From the NCBI GenBank assembly GCA_963755435.1, contig CAVWJX010000016.1, positions 1,048 through 65,047 on the forward strand: a stretch of 64,000 bases of DNA, read 5' to 3'. The stretch is from an uncultured Alphaproteobacteria bacterium. Lineage in GTDB: Bacteria > Pseudomonadota > Alphaproteobacteria > ATCC43930 > CGMCC-115725. Below, in pieces: positions 49,581 to 59,838 of this stretch (positions within the stretch are counted from its first letter, which is position 1; every line of letters begins with the position of its first letter). A model generated the notes under the pieces. That model worked only from the letters and a program-made list of their open reading frames with translations, was not told where the DNA came from and did not search any database. Both the position numbers and the translations under genes were made by a program.

Positions 49581-50894
49581 ATGACCACCCAAGCCGAAAA
49601 CGAACTTTTGACCCATATCGGGCCGGGCACGCCGATGGGTGCGTTGATGCGCCAATACTGGCTGCCGGCCTGCCTGTCGTCGGAACTGTTCGCCGATGGC
49701 GACCCACTGCGGCTGATGCTACTCGGCGAGCGCCTGCTGGCATTCCGTGACAGCACCGGACGCGTGGGTGTGTTGGACCACCGCTGTCCGCACCGCTGCG
49801 CATCGCTGTTTTTCGGCCGCAACGAGGAGGGCGGGCTGCGCTGCGCCTATCACGGCTGGAAGTATGACACCGAAGGCAATTGCCTCGACATGCCGAACCT
49901 GCCGGCCGACCAGAATTTCCGCAGCAAAGTCAAGGCCAAGGCCTATCGGGTTGCCGAGCGCGCCGGGGTGGTTTACGTCTACATGGGGACGAGCAAAGTG
50001 GCGCCGCCGCTGCCGGCGCTCGAGGCGACGGCCTGCCCATCCGACGAGATCGACCTGGTTTGCGTGCACCGCGAATGTAATTGGCTGCAGGCGCTCGAGG
50101 GCGATATCGACACCTCGCATTTCAGCTTTTTGCACACCGGCAAGATCACGACCGAGGATGTTGCCCCGGACCATCCGGAGCGGTTCCAGCTGGTCGATCG
50201 CGCGCCGCGCTACCATGTCGAGACCACCCAATACGGGGCGATGTACGCGGCCTACCGGCCGGCGGACCCGGGCGAGGTTTATTACCGCTTCGCCCATTTC
50301 GTGCTGCCGTTCTGGACGCTGTTTCCGAATGGTCCGTTGACCGACAACATTCTGGCCCAGGCGTGGGTGCCGATGGACGACACCCATACCATGGCCTTCA
50401 CCTTTTTATGGAAGCGAAAAACCCCGGTACTGGGGCTGGCGCGAACCGGCCAGCCGCTGCCGTATCTCGATCGTAGCACCGCGATGCTGCCGAACAGCGC
50501 CGACTGGTTCGGCCGCTGGCGGCCGATCGCCAATAGCCGCAACGATTACCTGATCGACCGGGACATCCAGCGCAGCGCCAGTTTCACTGGCATTGCCGAG
50601 GTCTTTCAGCAGGATGCGGCGATGACCGAGAGCATGGGCGAGATTTCCGAGCGCTCGCTCGAGCACCTGGCGCCGAGCGACCGGATGATCGCGGCGACCC
50701 GCCGCAGATTGCTCGATGCCGCAAAGGCCTTGCGCGACGAAGGCTCGGCGCCGCCCCATATCGACAGCCCCGGCCTCGCCGCGAGCCTGCGCTCGGGCGA
50801 TGTGATTGCCGCGGAGGGCGAGCCCTGGCGGAAGGTCTACGAGCAATCCTTGCGACAGGCGCTGCACCCGCTGATGCTGGAGGCCGCGGAGTAA
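49581..50894 (+). CDS. Rieske [2Fe-2S] oxygenase (phthalate-family/VanA-like)
   Basis: Rieske motif CPHRCASLF..(16)..CAYHGWKY. Downstream block NWLQALEGDIDTSHFSFLH. Confidence 0.8.
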   Translation: MTTQAENELLTHIGPGTPMGALMRQYWLPACLSSELFADGDPLRLMLLGERLLAFRDSTGRVGVLDHRCPHRCASLFFGRNEEGGLRCAYHGWKYDTEGNCLDMPNLPADQNFRSKVKAKAYRVAERAGVVYVYMGTSKVAPPLPALEATACPSDEIDLVCVHRECNWLQALEGDIDTSHFSFLHTGKITTEDVAPDHPERFQLVDRAPRYHVETTQYGAMYAAYRPADPGEVYYRFAHFVLPFWTLFPNGPLTDNILAQAWVPMDDTHTMAFTFLWKRKTPVLGLARTGQPLPYLDRSTAMLPNSADWFGRWRPIANSRNDYLIDRDIQRSASFTGIAEVFQQDAAMTESMGEISERSLEHLAPSDRMIAATRRRLLDAAKALRDEGSAPPHIDSPGLAASLRSGDVIAAEGEPWRKVYEQSLRQALHPLMLEAAE

Positions 50895-50915
50895 ATCTTA
50901 AGAAGAGGCCCAAGT

Positions 50916-52259
50916 ATGGCAAGACAACGCAAGAACACGGCGCAATCCGAGGGCGCAGTCGCCAGATTGGCGGCCCGATACGATCTGGTGGTGCGCGGCG
51001 GCCGGGTCATCGACCCGGCCAACGATGTCGACGGCGTCCGCGACATCGGCATCCGGAAAGGCCATATCGCCGCCGTCGCCCCGGTGCTCGACCCCGGGGC
51101 GGCCAAGATCATCGACGCGTCCGGGCTGATCGTCACTCCGGGCCTTATCGATACGCACGCTCACGTCTATGAGCACGTCTCCGGCGATTTCGGGCTCAAT
51201 CCCGATCTGGTCGGGGTGCGCTGCGGGGTCGCCACGGTGGTCGACCAGGGCGGCCCCAGCGCATTGACCTTCGACGGGTTCCGCAAATTCATCGTCGAGA
51301 GCGCCAAGACCCGCGTTTACGCCTTCATCTCCGCCTATCTGGCGGGCGGGCTGCTCGGCCATCGCTACGTCGATCTTTACGGCCCGGTCGGGATCAACGT
51401 AAAGGCGATCGTCAAGGCGGCGCGCGACAACGCCGACCTGGTGCGCGGGATCAAGGCGCATGCCGAGCCGGGCGGCTATTCGCGCTGGGGCATGGCCTCG
51501 CTCAAGCTCGCCAAGGAAGCCTCGCGCGAGCTGAATTTGCCGGTCTACATCCATCTGGGGACGCTGTGGCCGGAGCTGCCCGGCGCCAAGGTCGACGCCG
51601 CCAAAATCATCGACGAGGTGGTGCCGTTGCTCGATCCGGGCGATATCCTGGCGCACCCGTTCACCAAGTTCCCGAGCGGCTTTGTCGGCGCCGACGGCAC
51701 GATCCACCCGCTGGTGCGCGAAGCCTTGGCGCGCGGCGTGCGCATCGATGTCGGCCGCGGCGCCCACCTCAGCTTTGCCAATGCAAGGCGGGTCGTCGAC
51801 GCCGGCATCCTGCCGTTCACGCTCGGCGCCGATTTGCACGGCTACAACGTCCGGATCGCCGACGGCGGGCGCGCCTATCGCGGCATGTTCACCGGCGAGG
51901 GCGTCGATTCGATCATCGCCCAGGACCGCGGCTCGCCGTTCGCGCGGCCGTATAGCCTGCAGCATGCGATGAGCGAACTCCTGGCTCTGGGCGTCCCGCT
52001 CGTCGAGGTGGTTCGGATGACAACCAGCAACGCCGCGATCATGCTGGGCCTTGAAGCCGAAATCGGTGCGCTGTCGATCGGCATGCCGGCCGACCTGTCG
52101 GCGATGCGGCTCATCGAGGGTGAGTGGAACCTCGTCGATTCCGAGCGCGCCACCTGTCCGGCGCATCAACTGCTGCACCCCGAATTTGCGCTGCGCGCCG
52201 GCAAGCTTCACCGCGCCAACTCGCCGTTGTTGCCGGCTTTCGCGCCGATCGCGGCCTAG
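50916..52259 (+). CDS. Amidohydrolase/deacetylase-family metallohydrolase
   Basis: Reads YDLVVRGGRVIDP..VTPGLIDTHAHVY..GIKAH..YIHLG..AHPFT. Confidence 0.75.
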   Translation: MARQRKNTAQSEGAVARLAARYDLVVRGGRVIDPANDVDGVRDIGIRKGHIAAVAPVLDPGAAKIIDASGLIVTPGLIDTHAHVYEHVSGDFGLNPDLVGVRCGVATVVDQGGPSALTFDGFRKFIVESAKTRVYAFISAYLAGGLLGHRYVDLYGPVGINVKAIVKAARDNADLVRGIKAHAEPGGYSRWGMASLKLAKEASRELNLPVYIHLGTLWPELPGAKVDAAKIIDEVVPLLDPGDILAHPFTKFPSGFVGADGTIHPLVREALARGVRIDVGRGAHLSFANARRVVDAGILPFTLGADLHGYNVRIADGGRAYRGMFTGEGVDSIIAQDRGSPFARPYSLQHAMSELLALGVPLVEVVRMTTSNAAIMLGLEAEIGALSIGMPADLSAMRLIEGEWNLVDSERATCPAHQLLHPEFALRAGKLHRANSPLLPAFAPIAA

Positions 52260-52291
52260 GTGTAGCTGCGAAGCGGCGGCAGGGAGGGCAA

Positions 52292-53395
52292 ATGCACCCA
52301 GGGCGCGGCATCTTCCGGCGCAGCCTGTTGCGGCGCGCGGCGGCGGCGCTGGCGGTTTCGGCGTTCGCTCCGGCATTGCCGCGTCCGGCGCTGGCGTCAT
52401 TGCGGCCGGTCAAATTCACCCTCGCCTGGCTGGCTGAAGGGAGTGCGGCCTACGTCTATGTGGCGCGCGCGAAGGGGTTGATGAAGGCGCGTGGCATCGA
52501 TCTGAGCATCGCCCGCGGGTTCGGGTCGGTCGCCTCGTCGCAGAGCATCGCCGGCGGCCAGTTCGATTTTGGCGTCGTCGCGACACCGATCCTGGTGCTG
52601 TCGGTCGCAAAGCAGCTGCCGATCGTGGCGCTCGCTACCTGCGACTACGACTCGACCATGGGGGTGGGCGTCCTCGCCGACTCGCCAATCAGGAAGCCGC
52701 AGGACCTCGCCGGGAAAAAGATCGGCGTGGTGCCGACTTCGGCAGAATTTCCATTCTTTCCGGCCTACGCCAAAAAGGCGGGGTTCGATCTCGCATCGGT
52801 CAACATCGTGCATGTCGACGCCAAAGTGCTCGAGCGCATCCTGATCGAGAAGCAAGTCGACGCGATGACCGGGTTCGCCTCGTCGAGTGTGCCCGTGCTG
52901 CTGTCGAAAAACATTCCTGCTCGCTGGATGCTCTACAACAGTGTCGGCATCCGCAATTACGGCCAGACCCTGACGACCCGGCGCAAGACGTTGTCCGCCG
53001 ATCCGGCGTTGTGCGAGGCGGTGACCGATGCGCTGCTCGAGGCGGTCGCGTTCACGCTGACCAACCCCGACGAGACGCTTCAGATCTTCCTGAAGGAGGT
53101 GCCCGAGATGGCGCTCGACGCCGGCTCCAAGGAATTCGCGCGCCTCGGCCTCGGCATCTGGCAGCACGGGATTGACAAGCCCGAAGCACGCGACCACGGC
53201 CTCGGCTGGTCGGACCCAGAGGGTTACTCGGAAATGGCCGATCTGGTCATGCAGTATCTGGCGAGCCCCGGCATGAGCAAGCCAGACCTCGACATGGTGT
53301 TCACCAACCGCTTCATCGGCAAGGTCAAGCTGACAGCGCCGCAATGGGCGCAGGTCGATGCGCGAGTCGCCCAATTCGGCAAATACATCAGCTGA
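52292..53395 (+). CDS. NMT1/THI5-like ABC transporter substrate-binding protein (second copy)
   Basis: GGGAGGG ribosome-binding site. Signal RRSLLRRAAAALAVSAFA. Collinear with 46724-47830. Confidence 0.75.
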   Translation: MHPGRGIFRRSLLRRAAAALAVSAFAPALPRPALASLRPVKFTLAWLAEGSAAYVYVARAKGLMKARGIDLSIARGFGSVASSQSIAGGQFDFGVVATPILVLSVAKQLPIVALATCDYDSTMGVGVLADSPIRKPQDLAGKKIGVVPTSAEFPFFPAYAKKAGFDLASVNIVHVDAKVLERILIEKQVDAMTGFASSSVPVLLSKNIPARWMLYNSVGIRNYGQTLTTRRKTLSADPALCEAVTDALLEAVAFTLTNPDETLQIFLKEVPEMALDAGSKEFARLGLGIWQHGIDKPEARDHGLGWSDPEGYSEMADLVMQYLASPGMSKPDLDMVFTNRFIGKVKLTAPQWAQVDARVAQFGKYIS

Positions 53396-53407
53396 CGGTC
53401 GCCGCCG

Positions 53408-54250
53408 ATGAGCATCGCCGAGGAAGCCGCCGCCCTTGTCCCGCCACCCGGCGTTACCGAAGCCGCAGGCCGGCGCGGGCGGTTCGGCCGAAGCGTGCTG
53501 CTGCCGCTCGGCTTTGCCATCCTGGTGACGCTCGTCTGGGAGGCGCTGTGCCGGATCACCCGGATCTCGCCGGTACTGCTGCCGCCGCCGTCGGCGGTAT
53601 GGAGCGTGTTGTCGCAGAACTACGCTATCCTGTTCGAGCAGGCCCTTCCCACCGCTTACGAAACCATCGTGAGCTTTGCCATCGCGACCCTGCTCGGCGT
53701 CGGTCTGGCGGTCGCGGTGACGTTTTCGGCGTGGGTGCGCGAGGCGCTCTATCCGCACATCGTTGTCTTCCAGCTGATCCCGAAGATCGCGCTGGCGCCG
53801 CTCTTCATCGTTTGGCTCGGCGTCGGCAGCCGCTCCTCGATCGTCGTTGCCGTGTTCATCACCTTTTTTCCGATCCTCGTCTCGACGATGACGGGCCTCG
53901 TCAGCGCCAAGCCCGAAATCCTGCAATTGTGCCGGTCATTGACCGCGAGCGAGTGGCAGGTGTTTCGCCTGGCTCGGTTCCCCTATGCAATGCCCTATAT
54001 CTTCGCCGGCATGAAGGTCGGCGTCACGATGGCGATGATCGGGGTCATCGTCGGCGAATTCATCACCGCGCAGAAGGGGCTCGGCTACATCATCATGTTC
54101 ACCTCGGCGGCCGGCGAGACCGCGACGGTGCTGGCCTCCATCGTCCTGCTCTGCGTCATCGGCCTGGTACTCTATGCCATCGTGGCGCTCGGCGAACTGG
54201 CGGTGCGGCGCTGGTACGGCGGCGAGATGCCGGTTTCGGGCGGACTATGA
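53408..54250 (+). CDS. ABC transporter permease (NitT/TauT family, second copy)
   Basis: Collinear with 48718-49551 (CRSLTASEWQVFRLARFPYAMP). No cognate ATPase gene follows. Confidence 0.8.
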   Translation: MSIAEEAAALVPPPGVTEAAGRRGRFGRSVLLPLGFAILVTLVWEALCRITRISPVLLPPPSAVWSVLSQNYAILFEQALPTAYETIVSFAIATLLGVGLAVAVTFSAWVREALYPHIVVFQLIPKIALAPLFIVWLGVGSRSSIVVAVFITFFPILVSTMTGLVSAKPEILQLCRSLTASEWQVFRLARFPYAMPYIFAGMKVGVTMAMIGVIVGEFITAQKGLGYIIMFTSAAGETATVLASIVLLCVIGLVLYAIVALGELAVRRWYGGEMPVSGGL

Positions 54251-55131
54251 CCGCGCTGTCGGCAACGGCGCCCACGCTGGCGGTGCACCGCTCGCGCAAG
54301 CTGATCCCGGAATTTCGTCTACACCGGCCGCAAACCCCAGCCGAAGCCGCCGCGATCAAGGCGGCCGCAGGCCCCGGCGCGGTCTACGTGGCCGGCGGCA
54401 CCGACGTCGTCAACCGGATGAAATTCGGCGTCCCGGTCACCGACCTGATCCATCTCGGCAGGCTCGCGGGCCTCGATCGGATCGACGAGAATGGCGAGGA
54501 GTTGCGGCTCGGGGCGCTGGTGACGCATGATCGGCTGGCCGCTTCGCCGCTGGTTCGCCGGCATTTGCCGGCCCTTGCCGAGACCTGGCCCGGGATCGCC
54601 AACATCCGCATTCGCTGCAAGGGCACTGCCGGCGGCAACGTCATGGCCGGCGATCCGACCTACGATTTCGCTCTAGTGGCGATGGCCGCCGACGCGCGTC
54701 TGTATTTTCTCCGATCCGAAGGGGCGGTCGATGTCGTTCCCGCGGCTGATCCTGGCGCCGCGCGGCGCGAGGGTCTCTTGACGGCGATAGTGCTGCCTCG
54801 CGCTCTCACCCTCCTGCTCCGCGTTGACCGGTCGCTCCGGCCGATCGTCAGCGTGGCGGTCGGCCTCGATATCGCGGACGGCCTCGTCACCGGCGGGCGG
54901 GTCGCGATCGGCTGCGCCTATATGGCGCCGCTGGCGGCGAAACTCCCGCTCGAAGAGGCTCTCACTACCGGCGACTTGGCGAGGCGGGCGGAAAGCCTGA
55001 CGCAGGCGGTCGTCGACGACTTGCCTCAACCGGTCACCGACCATCATGCCGGCGCCGATTATCGTCGCCGGATGATCGGCGTTCTGCTCCGACGGAATTT
55101 AAGCGCCGTTTGGCTGGGGACTGGCTGGTGA
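54247..55131 (+). CDS. Molybdenum hydroxylase FAD-binding subunit (CoxM/XdhB-like)
   Basis: ATGA overlap with the permease stop. Reads VYVAGGTDVVNRMK, LRLGALVTH and AGADYRRRM. Confidence 0.75.
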   Translation: MTALSATAPTLAVHRSRKLIPEFRLHRPQTPAEAAAIKAAAGPGAVYVAGGTDVVNRMKFGVPVTDLIHLGRLAGLDRIDENGEELRLGALVTHDRLAASPLVRRHLPALAETWPGIANIRIRCKGTAGGNVMAGDPTYDFALVAMAADARLYFLRSEGAVDVVPAADPGAARREGLLTAIVLPRALTLLLRVDRSLRPIVSVAVGLDIADGLVTGGRVAIGCAYMAPLAAKLPLEEALTTGDLARRAESLTQAVVDDLPQPVTDHHAGADYRRRMIGVLLRRNLSAVWLGTGW

Positions 55132-55605
55132 GCGCGCCGATCGAGATCGAGGTTACGGTCAACGGGCATGTGCACCGACTGAGCGTGGCGCCGCACCGGG
55201 TCCTGGCCGACCTGCTGCGCGAGGAGCTGGGGCTGACCGGCTGCAAGATCGGCTGCGACCAGGCGGTGTGCGGCGCCTGCACTGTGCTTGCCGACGATGT
55301 CCCGACGACCGCCTGTGCGACCTTCGCCTTCGAGCTCGACGGCAAGAGCGGTGACAACGATCGAGGGCCTAGCCGTCGCCGGCGCCCTGCACCGATCCAG
55401 CGCGCATTCCTCGAGCACGGCGCGATCCAAGTGCGGTTTTTGCACCCCCGGCATGATCCTGTCGGTCAAGGCTCTACTGGCGCGGCATCCCGATCCCGAC
55501 GAGAAGCTGGTCCGGCAATGGCTCGACGCCAACATCTGCTGCTGCACCGGCTATCAGATGATCGTCGAGGCGGTGCAGGCGGCGGCGAGCGCGGTCCGGC
55601 GATGA
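55128..55605 (+). pseudogene. Molybdenum hydroxylase [2Fe-2S] small subunit (CoxS-like) with three apparent indels
   Basis: Reads TVNGHVHRLSVAPHRVLADLLREELGLTGCKIGCDQAVCGACTV, then VTTIEGL, PIQRAFLEHGAIQ and CGFCTPGMI..CCCTGYQ. These blocks alternate between two frames, with shifts at about 55350, 55392 and 55429. Confidence 0.75.
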
Positions 55606-57903
55606 CCGGCGCCGCGATTTCGCCATTCCGCTCACCCGTCGTCCTGCTCGACGGGCCGGACAAGATCACCGGCGCGGCCCGCTATACCTTCGATATGAGG
55701 CCTGCCCGGCATGCTGCACGCCAAGGTCTTGCGCAGCCCATATCCGCACGCGCGGATCCGCGCGATCGACACCGCGCGCGCCGAGGCATTTCCCGGCGTC
55801 GCCGCGGTCGTGACCGGCGCCGATGCGGCAGTGCTCCCCGACCTGTATTACGGGGTCGCGATCCGCGACCAGCCGGTCGTCGCGATCGACAAGGTGCGCT
55901 ATGTCGGTGACATGGTGGCGGCGGTGGCGGCGGTCGACGAGGAAACCGCTTATCGCGCCCTGTCGCTGATCGACGTGCAGTACGAAAAGCTGCCCGCGGT
56001 GATGACGATCGCCGAGGCGCTGGCCGATGGCGCCTCACAGTTGTTCGAAGCGCCGGTCGGGGGTGCGGCGATCCGGGTCGGCGACGGCGTCGTCAGCCTG
56101 AAGGAGCCGCGGCCCAACGTGCTGTCCGAGTTCGGCTATGCGGTCGGCGACGCCGAGGCGGTGCTCGACGCTTCCGCCCACGTGTTCGAGGACCGCTTCA
56201 CGTTTTCGCGGATCAACCACTTCCACCTCGAGCCCTACGTCAATATCGCGCAGGTAACCGGCGAGCGCATCGAGCTGTGGTCCTGCAACCAGGACCCGTT
56301 TGTGCTGCGCAACGACATCGCCCGCATCTTCGGCCGGCCGGCCAATCTCGTGCGCATTCACGCGAGCTATGTCGGAGGTGGTTTCGGCGGCAACAGTTTC
56401 TGCAAGATGGAGCCGCTCGTCGTTGTGCTGGCGCTCAAGGCGGCGCGGCCCGTACGGCTCTGCCTCAGCATGGACGAGGGCCTGCTGACCCTGACCAAGC
56501 ACGCCGGCATCCTGGTCTTGAAGACCGGCGTCACGGCCGATGGGAGGTTGACCGCACGGCGGAGCGAGATCGCGCTCGACGGCGGCGCCTATTCCGACGC
56601 GAGTGCGATGACCGTCGCCAAGGCTGGCTACCGCGTCACCGGCCCTTACCGGTGGGATGCGGTCGCGACCCGCGCCTATGCGGTGCGCACCAATTCGGTG
56701 CCGGCCGGCTCGTTTCGCGGGTTCGGCGGAACCCAGGCGAGCTTCGCCTCCGAGTCGCAGATCGACATGATCGCCCGGCGGCTCGGGATCGATCCCTACG
56801 AGTTCCGCCGCCGCAACTTGCTCGCGGTCGGCGAGCCGTTCCAGCCGGGCGACAGCGGCATGGACAGCGATCTTGCCGCCGGGCTCGACGAGGTCGTCGA
56901 GCGCCTCGGCTACCGGGAGCCCCCGCGGCCGAGCGCAGGCCACAAGCGGCGCGGCCGGGGGCTCAGCATCGGCATCAAGGATGGCGGCGGCACCGGAAAC
57001 CATGCCCAGGCGTTGATCAAAGTGCTGCCTTCGGGACGGGCGATCGTCAATGCGGCAACGGTCGAGATCGGTCAGGGCGCCACCACGGCGCTGTGCCGGA
57101 TCGCGGCCGAGATCCTCGGATTGCCGCTCGACTGGGTGCGCTACGGGTCGATCGATACCGACCACACCCCGCTCAACAACGGGACCCATGTGAGCTGCGC
57201 CACCGCCGTCACCGGCCTCGCCGTCGAGCGCGCCGCGGCCGACGCACGCCGCCAGATATTGGAGGTTGTCGCCAAAATCCTCCAATGCAATGTCGAGGAA
57301 TTGGCCTTGGACGGCTGGACGGTGCAGCGCGGCAATTATGCACATCCGCTCGAACCCCTGATCAGCGCCCATTTCGGCGAAGCCGGGACCGAATTCATCG
57401 GGCGGGGCAGCGTCAAAGTCGAATACGACGCCGCTGCACCGCTTGCGGCCCCCAATTTGTTCTGGATCCCGAGCTGGGTCGGTGCGGAGATCGAGGTCGA
57501 TTGCGAGACCGGCCGGGTCGAAGTCACTCATCTGGTCGTCGGCGCCGATTCCGGCACCAGCGTCAATGCTCAGGCCTATCGCGGCCAGGTCGAGGGCGCG
57601 GCGTTGCAGGCCTTTGGCCAGAGCCTCTTCGAGGAATTGCGCTATGACGGGGCCGAGCCGGTCAACGCCACCCCGCTCACCTACCGCGTGCCGCTCGCCA
57701 GCGACGTGCCAAGGCACTACGAGAGCTTCGTGCTCGAGCATGGCGGCCCCGGCCCGTTCGGCGCAAAGGGCATCGGCGAGAGTGGCATGCTGGGGGTCGC
57801 CGCCGCGATCGCCAACGCGATCGACGACGCGGTCGGGGCGCGGCTGACCCGCATCCCGTTCACTCCCGAGCGGGTGCTGGCCGCGATCGAGGCCGCCCGA
57901 TGA
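55602..57903 (+). pseudogene. Molybdenum hydroxylase molybdopterin-binding large subunit (CoxL/XdhA-like), frameshift near 5' end
   Basis: The ATGA-overlap start gives MTGAAISPFRSPVVLLDGPDKITGAARYTFDMR. The frame changes at the CC run 55701-55702 into the intact 730-aa ORF 55711-57903 (GMLHAKVLRSPYPHARI.., GGGFGG, GIGESGM). Confidence 0.8.
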
Positions 57904-58495
57904 CGCCGCCGATGACGCTGGCGGCGAGCCTGCCGATGTACAATTTGCCCGAAATGCGGGGGATCAACGCAGCGTTCTGGCAGGCGCTGCGCGGCCTTCT
58001 GGCCGGGGCTGGCCTCGGCGGCCTGCCCGAAACATTGGACTTCGACCGACCTCCGGTCCCGGCGGCAATCGGCCCCGAGGTGTTGTTTTCGCAGACTTGC
58101 GGCTATCCGCTCGAAACCATCTTTTCGGGTCAGGCGATCCGGCTTGGGACGCCGTGCTACGACGCGTTCGGATGCGACGGCCCGACCCATTGCGGGCTGT
58201 TCGTCGTGCCGGCCGGGTCGAGGGCGAAAAAACTGCGCGACCTGCGCGGCGGTGTGTTTTTGTTCAACCATCGCCACTCGAATTCGGGGATGAACCTGCC
58301 GCGGCGCGCCCTCGCCGAGATTGCCGATCGCGGTGCGTTTTTTGCCCGCGCGGTCGAGACCGGCAGCCAGCCGGGCAACCTCGACCGCATCGCCCGCGGT
58401 GAGGCTGACGCGACTGCGGTCGACTGCGTGACCTATGCGTTCTGGCGCCGCTGGCGGCCGCAGATGGCCCAAGAGGTCCGTGTGCTGCATTGTCA
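57900..58495 (+). pseudogene. PhnD/SsuA/transferrin-like substrate-binding-fold protein, C-terminally truncated
   Basis: Reads LAASLPMYNLPEMR..LFSQTCGYP..GTPCY..LRDLRG..FNHRHSNSGMNLPR..GEADATAVDCVTYA. The family's last ~60 residues are replaced by a cupin-like frame. Confidence 0.55.
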
Positions 58496-58738
58496 CGAGA
58501 CCGAGGAGGTATTTTCGTCCTCGACGGCGAGTGCCTGGTGCGCTGCTGGGATGGCGGGGAGAGCTATGACATCCGGCTCGGCTGGGACCTTGTCGCGCTG
58601 CCGCCGTTTCTGCAGCACGAGGTGTTCAACGATGGCGCGGGCGAGTGTCATCTCCAGACATTGCTCGCCAAGCCACGGCCGCTGCGCCCGCAATATGCCG
58701 ACCTCGAACTCCTGAAATTGCAGGCGGCAGTGGAATGA
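58490..58738 (+). pseudogene. Cupin-domain fragment
   Basis: Reads ..FVLDGECLVRCWDGGESYDIRLGWDLVALPPFLQHEVFNDGAGECHLQTLL.. It joins upstream HCHETEEVF only if one T is added to the T-run at 58512-58515. Confidence 0.45.
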
Positions 58739-58883
58739 CGCGCGGGCTTGCGTGCAGTCTGTGGCGCGCCCTTCGTCGTCGCTTGCGCATTTATCCTGGG
58801 CTGCCGATCCCGCCGGATTGCTGGCCGATCCTCTGAGCCGCTGCGCGCGCGCAACCGCAAGTCCGGCCGTCCCCGGCTGGCGC

Positions 58884-59065
58884 TCAGCCGCCCTCGACCC
58901 GATCGGATAGCCCGGCGGCGCGGCGCACGAAATCGAGCGGGCCCGAAAAGTCGAAGGCATTGTAGACCGCGTTCAGATGGTTGAAGTGCAGCGCCTGGGC
59001 GAACTGGACAAAGGTCAGCCGGTGACCCTCATAGTCGGAGTTTAGGAGGTCGCGGGCGAAGGCGA
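58884..59065 (-). pseudogene. Unidentified C-terminal gene fragment
   Basis: Minus strand ends ..KLLAFARDLLNSDYEGHRLTFVQFAQALHFNHLNAVYNAFDFSGPLDFVRRAAGLSDRVEGG*. The upstream part of the track ORF is Arg/Pro-rich noise. Family not recognised. Confidence 0.25.
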
Positions 59066-59095
59066 GCAGCTTGCGACGACGCCGGCAAGCTGATT

Positions 59096-59791
59096 TTGGG
59101 CACCTCCGCGACGTTTCCGCCCTTCGAATCCTTGCAGGACGGAAAACCGGTCGGCTTCGACATCGATCTGGTCGCGGCAATAACCGCCAAAATGCACATT
59201 CAATCCGCACCCAGCCTGATCGACTTCAAGGGGCTGATCCCGGCACTGCTCGGCGGCCGGATCGACACCATCGTCAGCGGCATGTACATCAATCCGGAGC
59301 GCAGCCAGGTGGTCGATTTCGTCCCCTATCTGCGGGTCGGCGACCAGCTTCTGGTCGCCAAGGCCAATCCCTCGCATTTGACCGCCCTGCCGCAGCTTTG
59401 CGGCCACCGGCTGGCCGCGGCGGTGGGCACGGTCTACGAAAAACAAGCCCAGGCGCTGGCCGCCGATTGCCAGAAAAGCGGCAAGTCCGCGCTGACCATC
59501 ATCAGCTTGACCTCGACCGCCGTCAGCGCGCTGGCTTTGAAGGAAGGACGTGCCGACGCGCTGGTCGCGTCCGTGCCGACGGTTTTGGCGCTGGTCAAGG
59601 AATCGCCCGACGCCTTTGAGACGACTGGCGAGCCGTTCGACAACAACACGCTCCTCGGCATCGGCTTTGCCAAGGACAAAACGGCGCTCAAAACCGCTGT
59701 CGACACCGCGTTCAAGGCAATCGTCGCCGACGGCACCTATGCGAACCTGATCAAGAAATATCGGCTGCCGGCCAGCAGCTCGCTCTTTTAA
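59096..59791 (+). pseudogene. Family-3 amino-acid ABC transporter substrate-binding protein lacking its signal peptide
   Basis: The frame reads ..CDDAGKLILGTSATFPPFESLQDGKPVGFDIDL.. with no in-frame start or signal sequence upstream of about 59070. Only an internal TTG (59096) is available. Confidence 0.6.
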
Positions 59792-59838
59792 CGCGCTTTT
59801 TGAACCAGCAGCCGAGAGGCGACAGGGAGCCCCGCGAC

